Positions 28,472 to 38,253 of a DNA stretch of 64,000 nucleotides are shown here, piece after piece. The DNA lies in the NCBI GenBank assembly GCA_040218735.1, contig JAVJQW010000042.1, positions 32,001 to 96,000 of the forward strand. The letters run 5' to 3'. Position 1 is the stretch's first letter. Each line of letters starts with the position of its first letter. Below the pieces are notes generated by a model, which was not told the DNA's origin, searched no databases, and was given only the letters and a program-made list of their open reading frames with translations. The position numbers and the translations under genes are program-made. The stretch comes from Deltaproteobacteria bacterium (GTDB taxonomy: Bacteria; Myxococcota; Kuafuiibacteriia; Kuafuiibacteriales; Kuafuiibacteriaceae).

Positions 28472-31021
28472 GTGCGGCGCGTGCTCGCAGCGTTGTTGTG
28501 CCTCGCCGGCTGCAAGGCCGACGTCGTTCGTGTCGTCGACGTCGCCGAACCCATCAACTTCTTCGCGACGTTCGATGACTCCGGCGCCATCGTTCGCACC
28601 GGTCGCCTGTTGGCGGAAGACGATCGCGCTCAGCTCCTCGCGGACGACGGCGCGCGACTCTGGGTATGGTCGTACGCCGCAGACGGTGTCGTCGGAACGG
28701 ACGGCGCTCCGCTCGACGCGGATGCCCTCGCTTCCGTCGAGATCACCGATGGCCGGGACTGTAGTCGTTGCCCGTTCACGAACACGGGCCGCGTCGTCCT
28801 CGGTCCGGGTCACGCGTGCCCGGCGGGCGCGCCCGTGGCTGGGTATGGTCCCGACGGTCCGATCGATGCGCCGCCCCCGATCGTGTTCCTACGCCGCGCC
28901 GGCGAGTGCCCCGTCGATCCGAGCGAGCCCCCCGTGGCGGGCCCAGATTTCGAAGTGTGCCCGCTGTGGCCGCCCGAGGGGCTCATGCACGCCTCGAAGA
29001 TCGCCGTGTCCGACACCGGGGCCGTCGCCGGGGTCCGCGAGTCGTACCTGTTTCATGCCCCGCTCTACGAGGACGCGTCGGTAGCGCCGACGGTCGAGCC
29101 CCACCGTGAGATCCAAGGCGTCACCGCCGTCCCCGGAACGGATGAGTTCGTCTTCGTGGCGAAGTCACAGGCCAAGAACGACGGCGAGCTCCGCTTTTAT
29201 AGGTTCGGCGCAGACGTTTCGCCGCGCCTCGCGTTCGACCGTGACTTCGGCCTTCGGTCTCCCGTAACCGTCCACGGGCTCCCCTTCGACGTCGGTCACT
29301 TCTTCGTCGTGGGTTCCGGCGCAGGGACGACACAGATTCAACGCTGCTCGTTCGACGAAGGGTGCGACTCCGAGACCGTCGATCGCAGCGCCTGCAACAC
29401 GACCACGGGCCTCGACGAAATCGCTGCGGATACCTCGGGTCACATCATCGCGATCGACGCGGGCGGCGGACTCTACGAACGGGGCGACGACGCGCGGTGG
29501 ACGTGCCGCGACAACCTGGCGAGCGCAGTGCTGCGCGAAGGTGAGATCTTCCGCCTTCAGCGCGCACAAGGGCTCGCGGTGCTCGGCGATCGCTGGTTCA
29601 CCTGCGGGGAGAGCGCGGATCGCACCGCGATGATCACCGGGCAGCTCGACTTGGACGGCACGATCGTCGGGGAACCGCACATCGTGGCGGCGCTCCCGGG
29701 GGGCACGTGCCTGGGCGTCGGCGTGCTCCTGCACCGATTCGACCAAGTGGTCGTGAACACCGGCGACGGTCTGATCGTCGCCTTCGAAGACGGTCGCATC
29801 GACGACGTCTGCTCACCCTGGCAACGGTGCGTCGAGCTCGGTATCGACCTCCGCCCTGACGAGCTCCAGTACGTGATCGGCCCGGTCACCAGCGGATACG
29901 GAACGGCGTACACGACCGACCGGGGCCATGTCTTTCGTCTCGAACCACCCGACCGCTTCGTGCGGGTGCTCGGGGCTTCGCTGTCGCGGACGCCGGCGGG
30001 CGCCATCGCGCCGACCGACGACGGCGCCGTCCTTTTTGTGCCCGGCCCCGGACCAGTGCGACTGCGCCACGACGGCGCAGGTTGTGACGGGTTCACGGTC
30101 GAGGAACCCAGCGAAGGCGATTGGACGTACGCCGTCGACGACATGACCACGACGTCGACCGTGTTCCCCGGCTCGCCGTTCGAAGCCTACCGCGAAGCGG
30201 TCCAGCTCGAAGGAGATCGGTACCTCGTCGTCGGCGCCGACGCGCAGCGATCTTGGTTCGTGCGGACGGTGGACCTCGCGCGGCGACACGTCGCTCAGCG
30301 TTTCATCGAGAACGAGCGCATCCTCGACATCGCGCGTCTCGATGCTCGGCGCGTTCTCGCGATCACCCGCGACCGGATCCGGATCATCGACACGACCTCG
30401 TTCGAGATCACCGATCCACCGATGCAGTGGGATGACCCATCGACCCCGGACGTGGAGCCTCCGCTCGCGTCCTTCGATGCGCTGACCTCCGTCGATGCTC
30501 GCGATGGCGTCGCTTGGATCGTCGGCGGTCGAGCGATCGTTCGCGCGGTCGCGTTCGAATCCGAGGTTCGCCTGGAGGGGTGGTGGACCACCGCGCTTCG
30601 CACCGAGGAGATGCTCGACCACGAGATGCAGGCCGTCCGCGTCCTCGCGCCGGACCGTTGGGTCGCGATCACCCGCGAACCCGTCGGCAGCGATGGCGCG
30701 ATCCTCGGCGCGTGGCGGATGGGGCCCATCGGGCTCGATTGTCCGAACTCCCCCGCGCAGAGCGGAGGGCTCGCGATGTGCCCGTACGCGGCGTTCGACT
30801 TCGGTGCTCTCAACGCGCCGGATCGCGCGGAGGCCGCGCTCGGTGCGACGGGGCCCGGTGGCCAAATCACTTGGACCTTCGGCAACGGGACCGTGTACCG
30901 GCACGGAGGCGCACGCGCCGTGGTGCCGATCGAACGACCCGCCAACCTCGTGTCGTCGGGGGACGCGGTCTACGTCGCTGGCGACGGACCCATCTTTGGG
31001 CTCGTGCCGCGCAGCGACTGA
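28472..31021 (+). CDS. Large Cys-rich lipoprotein, probably beta-propeller(s)
   Basis: Lipobox LLCLAGC; 849 aa of short beta strands with paired Cys. Confidence 0.7.
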   Translation: MRRVLAALLCLAGCKADVVRVVDVAEPINFFATFDDSGAIVRTGRLLAEDDRAQLLADDGARLWVWSYAADGVVGTDGAPLDADALASVEITDGRDCSRCPFTNTGRVVLGPGHACPAGAPVAGYGPDGPIDAPPPIVFLRRAGECPVDPSEPPVAGPDFEVCPLWPPEGLMHASKIAVSDTGAVAGVRESYLFHAPLYEDASVAPTVEPHREIQGVTAVPGTDEFVFVAKSQAKNDGELRFYRFGADVSPRLAFDRDFGLRSPVTVHGLPFDVGHFFVVGSGAGTTQIQRCSFDEGCDSETVDRSACNTTTGLDEIAADTSGHIIAIDAGGGLYERGDDARWTCRDNLASAVLREGEIFRLQRAQGLAVLGDRWFTCGESADRTAMITGQLDLDGTIVGEPHIVAALPGGTCLGVGVLLHRFDQVVVNTGDGLIVAFEDGRIDDVCSPWQRCVELGIDLRPDELQYVIGPVTSGYGTAYTTDRGHVFRLEPPDRFVRVLGASLSRTPAGAIAPTDDGAVLFVPGPGPVRLRHDGAGCDGFTVEEPSEGDWTYAVDDMTTTSTVFPGSPFEAYREAVQLEGDRYLVVGADAQRSWFVRTVDLARRHVAQRFIENERILDIARLDARRVLAITRDRIRIIDTTSFEITDPPMQWDDPSTPDVEPPLASFDALTSVDARDGVAWIVGGRAIVRAVAFESEVRLEGWWTTALRTEEMLDHEMQAVRVLAPDRWVAITREPVGSDGAILGAWRMGPIGLDCPNSPAQSGGLAMCPYAAFDFGALNAPDRAEAALGATGPGGQITWTFGNGTVYRHGGARAVVPIERPANLVSSGDAVYVAGDGPIFGLVPRSD

Positions 31022-31024
31022 CGT

Positions 31025-31282
31025 TCACCACAGCCGCTTGGTCTTCGTCGTTCGCCGGAACGAATCAGCAAACGTCGCGGAGAGCTTTGTGCGAAACCAC
31101 GCGGCGATCTCATTGATCCCCTCCGTTGAATCGTCATCGTTCAACTTCACCCGCACCTCTCGACTCGGATCCTCGATGAAGTCGGCGACCATCTTCACGT
31201 AGTCGTCGATAGGTACCCCGAGTCCCTCGGCGACGCCGATGATTTCCGGATCACGTCTCAGCACGTCGATGAGGGCGCTCAT
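31025..31282 (-). CDS. Small hypothetical protein, last gene of the sigma-54 operon
   Basis: ATGA-coupled to the upstream gene; helical DPEIIGVAEGLGVPIDDYV. Confidence 0.7.
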   Translation of the reverse strand: MSALIDVLRRDPEIIGVAEGLGVPIDDYVKMVADFIEDPSREVRVKLNDDDSTEGINEIAAWFRTKLSATFADSFRRTTKTKRLW

Positions 31283-31701
31283 GCCGCGATGTCCTCCAGT
31301 CGCTCCGTCGCCTCGCGCACGAGGACGTCTTCCGCCTGCTGCTTCGCGAACATGAGCGCGATGTTCTCCAGACCGGCGCCGTTCGCCGCGGGCGTCGCGC
31401 CCAGGATGCTCGCGAGCGGAGCGAGCTGGGCGGGGAGCGCGCCCTGGATGAACGCACCCACGGGACCCAGCGCTGCGGCGGTGAGTAGAGCGGCAGGATT
31501 CTGGAGGAAGCTGTTCGCAAAGTCCTTCACGACGTTCGGGAGCGGAAGTCTGTCGACCAACTTCGTGAGCGGCTCCGTTATGGGTGCCGCGATTCGGTTC
31601 ACGAAACTCAGACTCTTTTCGACCAGACCGGTCACCTTGTCGAGGCCGGTCGCCTTCGCGAGGGGAGCCAGCGCGTTCGTAATACTCTTGAAGATTCCCA
31701 T
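31279..31701 (-). CDS. Amphipathic helical hypothetical protein, possibly secreted
   Basis: GAGGAG RBS, start MGIFKSITNALAP, no Sec signal. Confidence 0.7.
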   Translation of the reverse strand: MGIFKSITNALAPLAKATGLDKVTGLVEKSLSFVNRIAAPITEPLTKLVDRLPLPNVVKDFANSFLQNPAALLTAAALGPVGAFIQGALPAQLAPLASILGATPAANGAGLENIALMFAKQQAEDVLVREATERLEDIAA

Positions 31702-31712
31702 CTGCGTTCTCC

Positions 31713-32129
31713 TCAGGGCTGACCGATCGACTGGATGATCCCGTCGAGGGTCCGGTTGAAGCTGTCGGCGATGCTGTCGACCAGGAGGAGCAGCTGCCCC
31801 TTCCGCTCGAGGTGCGTCTGAACGCGCCGGGCGATCAACTCGTGGTCGCCCGGCGCACCCGCGCCGTCGGCCGAGACGTTCGCCGTGACGTCGTCGGCCA
31901 ACGCTCGGCTGGCTTCGAGAGCGAGCTCCTCTTCCTCGCGCGCCATCAGCGTGATGAAGATGATCAGCGCGTCCTCGAACGCGAGGCCGCTGTCGAAGAC
32001 GGACACGCGGTCCTCCCCGAAGCGCGCCTCCCAGTCCCACGCCGGTGGCCCGCTGCCGACCCCCGGTGCCGCGGGGGACGAGGGAGGCGGCGCCGACCGC
32101 TGTGGAGTGACTCGGTTGCCGTCGGACAT
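31713..32129 (-). CDS. Helical protein with a T3SS needle/filament-like C-terminus
   Basis: GAGGAGG RBS; ends QLLLLVDSIADSFNRTLDGIIQSIG. Confidence 0.6.
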   Translation of the reverse strand: MSDGNRVTPQRSAPPPSSPAAPGVGSGPPAWDWEARFGEDRVSVFDSGLAFEDALIIFITLMAREEEELALEASRALADDVTANVSADGAGAPGDHELIARRVQTHLERKGQLLLLVDSIADSFNRTLDGIIQSIGQP

Positions 32130-32151
32130 CGTCCCGCCTCCTCGCGTCGCG

Positions 32152-33552
32152 TCAGCTGTAGAGCTGCTGCGCGACCTGGTTCTTGTTGTCGAGGATCGTG
32201 TTCGTGAGCAGCTTCAGGGCGCTCAGGTTCTCCTGAATCTGTTGCAACTCACGGGACAACAGCTCGGTGCCCTTCGGTCCGTCGCCGAAGACACCTTCGG
32301 TCTCGCCGCCTCCGCCGTTCTCTCCGCCGCCCTCGACGTTGTTGCGTGTCCGCTCGTCGAGCTCCTTCGCCTTGTCGATGAGTTTGTCGTTGAGCACCTC
32401 CACGAGGAGCGCGAGGATGATCGTGATGAGGATCTCCGCGTCGACCCCCGACGCGAGCAGGTCCGAGATCCGCCCGCCGAAGTCGCTCCCTCCGGGGCTC
32501 TCGCGCGGCGCGGGCGTGTTGCCGGGCCCGGAGGTGCCGCCCGATCCGGAGGTGCTCCCCGACCCGGAGGTGTTGCCCGGCCCCGTTGGGTTGCCGTTGC
32601 CCGACGTCGACTCGCTGCCGCCTGCACCGCCCTGGAGCGCCTCGAGCAGCTTCTCGAGGAGCTCGGTGAGGTCACCGTTCGACGTCGAGCCCTCCGTCCG
32701 CGCCAACAACGCTTCGAGGAGCTGCTTCAACAGATCTTCGATCTCCCCCGTGTCGGCTTCGGGCGCGCCCCCCGCTCCGCCGGCGCCTTCCGCTCCGCCG
32801 GCGCCTTCCGCGTCACCGAGGAGCACTTCGATGCGGTCGAGCAGGTCCGAGAGCGCGTCGAGCAGCTCCCCGAACTCCTCGGTGTTCGCCGCGCCGTCGA
32901 GCGCCCGCTGCTGACGCGCGGTGATGCCCGACGCGGGCGAAGAGAGGTCGGAGCGCACCGTCGTGTCGTCGTTCAGGAAGTTCCGAACGGAGGGGTCGAG
33001 CCCATGCACGTCGTAGAACTCACCGTCCCGTTCGAGGACGGCGAACTCACCGTTGTCCTGCAGCGCAAAGATGCCGGACTCGTTTCCGGGCGCGGCGTCG
33101 CGGTTCGCGGCGTCGAACTCGACCCCGTCCTGGGTGATGCCGTCCACTCCGTCCTCACCCACGTGCAGCCGGTCGTTCCCCGAGATGATGTCGACGGCGG
33201 CGATGCGGTCGCGGTTGCCGTTGGTGGCTTCGAGGTCGAGGGAGATCTTCGTCCCGTCGGGGAGGATGAACGACGAGTCATCGCCGAAGTTGAAGAACTC
33301 ACCGCTCGCCGCCTCGAAGACGCGGTTGCCGGAGATGGACGCGATCAACTCACCCGCCGGGTCGTAGATCTGCACGGTGTTGTCGCGGTTCACGGCGACC
33401 TGGTATCCGTCCGGCGTCTGCACGCGTTGTTTCTCGTCGCCCTGCTCGGGGACCTTGTCCAGGCCCCCCTCGGTCTGAGGGGTCGGCGGGTCCTGCGCGA
33501 TGATGTCGCGGATGCGTTGCTCGTTCGGGTCTCGGTTGCGAATGGGGTACAT
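32152..33552 (-). CDS. DUF1521-like N-domain, Gly/Ser linker and needle-like C-terminal helices
   Basis: TPDGY.V..FNF..SSFILPDGTKI; ends ELQQIQENLSALKLLTNTILDNKNQVAQQL; AGGAG RBS. Confidence 0.6.
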   Translation of the reverse strand: MYPIRNRDPNEQRIRDIIAQDPPTPQTEGGLDKVPEQGDEKQRVQTPDGYQVAVNRDNTVQIYDPAGELIASISGNRVFEAASGEFFNFGDDSSFILPDGTKISLDLEATNGNRDRIAAVDIISGNDRLHVGEDGVDGITQDGVEFDAANRDAAPGNESGIFALQDNGEFAVLERDGEFYDVHGLDPSVRNFLNDDTTVRSDLSSPASGITARQQRALDGAANTEEFGELLDALSDLLDRIEVLLGDAEGAGGAEGAGGAGGAPEADTGEIEDLLKQLLEALLARTEGSTSNGDLTELLEKLLEALQGGAGGSESTSGNGNPTGPGNTSGSGSTSGSGGTSGPGNTPAPRESPGGSDFGGRISDLLASGVDAEILITIILALLVEVLNDKLIDKAKELDERTRNNVEGGGENGGGGETEGVFGDGPKGTELLSRELQQIQENLSALKLLTNTILDNKNQVAQQLYS

Positions 33553-33587
33553 CGTTGTGGTTCTCCTGTGTTCGTTCTGAGTTGGAT

Positions 33588-33848
33588 CTAGGCGCGGAGC
33601 CGCTGCGACAGGACGTCGAGGCGTCGCCACATGGGGTGCTCGACGAACCGCGCCGCGCGACCACGGAACGCCTCGACCTTTTCGTCGTAGGCGGCGATGC
33701 GTCGGCGAAGCTCCCTTCGCTCGCGCACCGCGCTACGGCCGGTCCGCTCGATCGACTCGATGTTGCGCGCATCGAGGAGGATGCGTTCTTCGAGGCCTTC
33801 GAAGTACGCGGCGATTCTGAGTAGGGCGTTGGCGTTGGCTTGGTTCAT
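33588..33848 (-). CDS. Small coiled-coil hypothetical protein
   Basis: GGAG RBS, 86 aa, charged heptads. Confidence 0.6.
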   Translation of the reverse strand: MNQANANALLRIAAYFEGLEERILLDARNIESIERTGRSAVRERRELRRRIAAYDEKVEAFRGRAARFVEHPMWRRLDVLSQRLRA

Positions 33849-33875
33849 GAGTTGGTCTCCAGGTGAAAGGTGAGG

Positions 33876-35057
33876 TCAGGCCGCCTGCTTCCGCGCGAAG
33901 AACGCGCGGAGGCGTTGGGTTGCGGACATCGGCCCGGTCGTCGGCTCACCACCCCGCATGAATCCGGTCGCACCGGACTTCAGGCGGATGGGGCCGTTGA
34001 TCGAGTCGAGGAAAGTCTTCGTCATTCGGCAGAAGTCACCGTCGCCGAAACACGAGGGGCGCGAGAAACGTGCGGAGGCGCCTGCGTCGCGGCACGACGG
34101 TGCGCTGAAGTTGTTCTCCAACCACGCGATCAGCGCTGCTTCGTGGTGAGCGCTGATGAAGTAGTCTTCGAATCGGTACGTCTCCGTTCGTGCGCGCGGA
34201 AGAAATTGCCAGTCGTTTGCGATGAACGGATCGGGGCTCGCGAAGGTCATCGACCGCGCGGAGACCTCGTTCGGCGAGGCGCGCAGGCCGTAGCTCGTCG
34301 CGCCTTCCGCGAGGACCACGATGTCGTGGTGGTGGAGGCCGCGCGCCATGAGGAGCTGGAGCGGGTACCGCGGCGCGTAGAGGTACGCGCGCAGCTGTCG
34401 CGCGAGGGCCTTCGCCGGCGTACGGCCGTCGAAGTGCACGCGCAGGAATCGCTCGAGGTCGCGGACACGCGGAGCGAACGCGACGGCGACCATCGCGGCC
34501 CGGCGTGCGCCGACGACAGCGGCGTCGACGCGCGGCCCGGCGACGTACGTGATGAACGTGCGGCGGTCGCCCTCGGAGAGGACGTAGAAGGCCTCCGTGG
34601 CGACGAGCACCGCCATCGTCTTGCGCGACGCGCTGTGGTGACGGCTGCGGTCGAGCTCTTGGAGGAGGAAGAGCTGGGCGTCGGGTGTGAGGCGGGCGAG
34701 CCCCGAGTCGATGAGTGACTCGAAGTCCGCGGTGGCCGCGGCGTCGTCCGGGAGCTTCGCGAGCACGTCGAAGAAGAGCCGCTGCGCCCGCGGCGCGACG
34801 GCGGCGAAGGTCGGCTTGCGAGCGATCGACACCAACGCGTCGCGTGCGGCGTCGACCTGCGCACGCGCGGCGGCGCGGGTCAGCGCGACCTTCGTCGGCT
34901 CGGGCAGCGTCGCGAGCGCCGGCTCCTCCGCGAGCGCGGCGTAGCAGGAGGGCGGCACGTCGGCGTAGCGCGTGGTGTCGACCAGGCGGTGGAGCCGAAA
35001 CGCGATCTGCTCGCTCGTGACGAGGTTCTCCGGGCGGCGCGTCTCGCTCTCGTGCAT
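33876..35057 (-). CDS. Hypothetical protein with helical repeats and a possible catalytic C-domain
   Basis: 393-aa ORF directly downstream of a sigma-54 promoter. Confidence 0.7.
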   Translation of the reverse strand: MHESETRRPENLVTSEQIAFRLHRLVDTTRYADVPPSCYAALAEEPALATLPEPTKVALTRAAARAQVDAARDALVSIARKPTFAAVAPRAQRLFFDVLAKLPDDAAATADFESLIDSGLARLTPDAQLFLLQELDRSRHHSASRKTMAVLVATEAFYVLSEGDRRTFITYVAGPRVDAAVVGARRAAMVAVAFAPRVRDLERFLRVHFDGRTPAKALARQLRAYLYAPRYPLQLLMARGLHHHDIVVLAEGATSYGLRASPNEVSARSMTFASPDPFIANDWQFLPRARTETYRFEDYFISAHHEAALIAWLENNFSAPSCRDAGASARFSRPSCFGDGDFCRMTKTFLDSINGPIRLKSGATGFMRGGEPTTGPMSATQRLRAFFARKQAA

Positions 35058-35070
35058 GACCTGGGTTCAA

Positions 35071-35086
35071 AGCAGGGCGCGTGCCA
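35071..35086 (-). promoter_or_regulatory. Sigma-54 -24/-12 promoter
   Basis: TGGCACGCGCCCTGCT (GG-N10-GC). Confidence 0.75.
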
Positions 35087-35115
35087 GCCCCGAGGGGGTG
35101 TTCGAAGGGCATGCG

Positions 35116-35195
35116 GTGCGCCACATCGGTCGCCGGTGCGTCAGCGGCGGTCGGGTCGCGCCAGGTGATGCGCCAGAGGCGGCGCGCGTGTGTCA
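35116..35195. promoter_or_regulatory. 20-bp-phased repeats, candidate bEBP enhancer
   Basis: GTGCGCCA 35116, GTGCGTCA 35136, TCGCGCCA 35156; second series ATGCGCCA 35168, GTGTGTCA 35188. Confidence 0.55.
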
Positions 35196-35224
35196 CGCCG
35201 GGCGCCGTGAGCACGCGATCCGCC

Positions 35225-35240
35225 TGGCGTCGAAAGTGCA
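35225..35240 (+). promoter_or_regulatory. Divergent sigma-54-like promoter
   Basis: TGGCGTCGAAAGTGCA (GG-N10-GC). Confidence 0.5.
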
Positions 35241-35252
35241 GTCACCCTGCGC

Positions 35253-35522
35253 ATGCGCTCGTTCGACGCCTACTCGCAGACACTCATCTCGGATCGCATG
35301 GCGACGGTCGTCGAGCGTCCGACCCGAACGATCGTGTCGTTGCGTCCACCGTCGATCGCAGAAGAGCGGTGCGAGCCCACGCGGCGGATGACACGCGGAG
35401 CCACGCTCGTCGCGGTGGCCGGTCGCGAGCGCGCCGCGCGCGAGGACGTGAGCCTCCTCCTGTTCAGCGTCGTGCTCGGAGCGACCGCGGGGCTCGGGTT
35501 CTGCGCGGGGCTGTTGTTCTGA
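35253..35522 (+). CDS. Small protein with a C-terminal TM helix (start may be 35298)
   Basis: LLLFSVVLGATAGLGFCAGLLF; follows a sigma-54-like promoter. Confidence 0.5.
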   Translation: MRSFDAYSQTLISDRMATVVERPTRTIVSLRPPSIAEERCEPTRRMTRGATLVAVAGRERAAREDVSLLLFSVVLGATAGLGFCAGLLF

Positions 35523-35525
35523 GCA

Positions 35526-36751
<1,226 letters not shown>

Positions 36752-36755
<4 letters not shown>

Positions 36756-38194
36756 GAGCCAGCGAAGTATAGCCCCAGCACGGCGCCGATGACGCCGGAC
36801 ACGATCGACGCCGCGAGGAGCAGGAGGATCACCGTCCGCTTCGAGAGGGCGGGCGTCGCCTCGGGTCGTCGAGGGAGCTCCACCGTCGGGAGCAAGAACG
36901 TGGGTTTGGCGCGCCGGGGCTGCGGCGGACGCGCGATGTGCCAGTCGCTGAGGTCCGCGGGTTCCTCGTTCTCCGGCCGGAGTGTGTCGTCATGCTCCTC
37001 TGCGTCGCTGTCGTGACGGACGGTCGGGTCGGCGGTGGGATCCCACGGCGTCGCGGGATCGACGGTCGCCGCTTCGGCGCGCATCGTCGCGTCCCCGGCG
37101 CCTTCGTCGAGCGCGGGGCTCGCGCCGATGGTCGGTTGCGCTTCGTCGTGAACGAACCGCCGCGACACGTCGCTCCAGGCGGCGGCGTCCGGGTGCGCGA
37201 TGGCGCGGACGCGCTCCATCCGTGCCTCGTCCTTCTCCCGCTCTTTCGCGAAGACCACGGATAACCAGCTCGCGACGGTGGCGGCCTCGTGCGGCGACGG
37301 CGGTCCGGCGAAGCGCTCCAACCGCTCGAGCGCGACGCGCGCCGTGCGGATTCGTTTCGTCATGTTGGTCGCCATCATGGCCTGCACGAGCGCGACGAGC
37401 TCTGCCGGCAGATCGGGCCGCAGCGTTTCGAGGGGGCGCGGTTGTTCGGACACCGCCTTGAGCAACACCTCCGTGCCCTTCCCCAAGAACGGCGGTGTGC
37501 CGGTCAACAGGCGGTAGGCGACGGCGCCGGCGCCGTAGATGTCGGACGCGGTCGTGGGTGGGTCGCCGAGGACGATCTCGGGAGCGAGGTAACTCGGGGT
37601 GCCGATGACGAAGTCCTGCGTGAGGTCGTAGCGCTCCGTCAGCGCGGACTTCGCGATCCCGAAGTCCACGAGCTTGGTGCGACCGTCGTATCCGACGATG
37701 ACGTTCCCGGGCGTCACGTCGCGGTGGACGATGCCGGGTTGGCGGCCGTCGCCGACCGGGACCTCGTGCACGTAGGCGAGGGCGGTCAGGACGTCGCGCA
37801 GGATCGGGATCATCACGTCGGCCGGGACGTCGAGTTTACGTGCGCGGGTGGTGCGGGCGATCGCGAGCGCGTCGCGACCGAGGACGGGTTCGACCGCTAC
37901 GTACAGGCCCGCGGCGACGCGCCCGACGTGATACGTCTCGGCGAGGTTCGGATGGCGTAGGCGAACGGCGAGCTCGGCTTCGTGTCGGAAGCGTTCTACT
38001 GAAACGAAGTCCGTCTCCTTCGGGGTGAGCAATGACTTCACGACGGCCACGGGACGGTCCGGCCACGGGGTGCGCGCCAGGTGGAGCTGCCCCATGCCGC
38101 CGTGGGTGAAGGCCTCGACCAGCAAGAAGGGGCCGAAGCGAGGGTACGTCGGCTGGACGTCCGTATCGTCGTCGGGGCGATGTGTTTCACTCAT
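36752..38194 (-). CDS. Membrane Hanks-type Ser/Thr protein kinase
   Basis: GGMG, HRDVTPGN, DFG, GTPSYLAPE, C-terminal TM; stop overlaps the bEBP start. Confidence 0.93.
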
Positions 38195-38253
38195 CGACGG
38201 CCACCGTTCAGGCGCGATCGTTATAGCGTCGAGGGGCCCTTCGTTCCACACGG

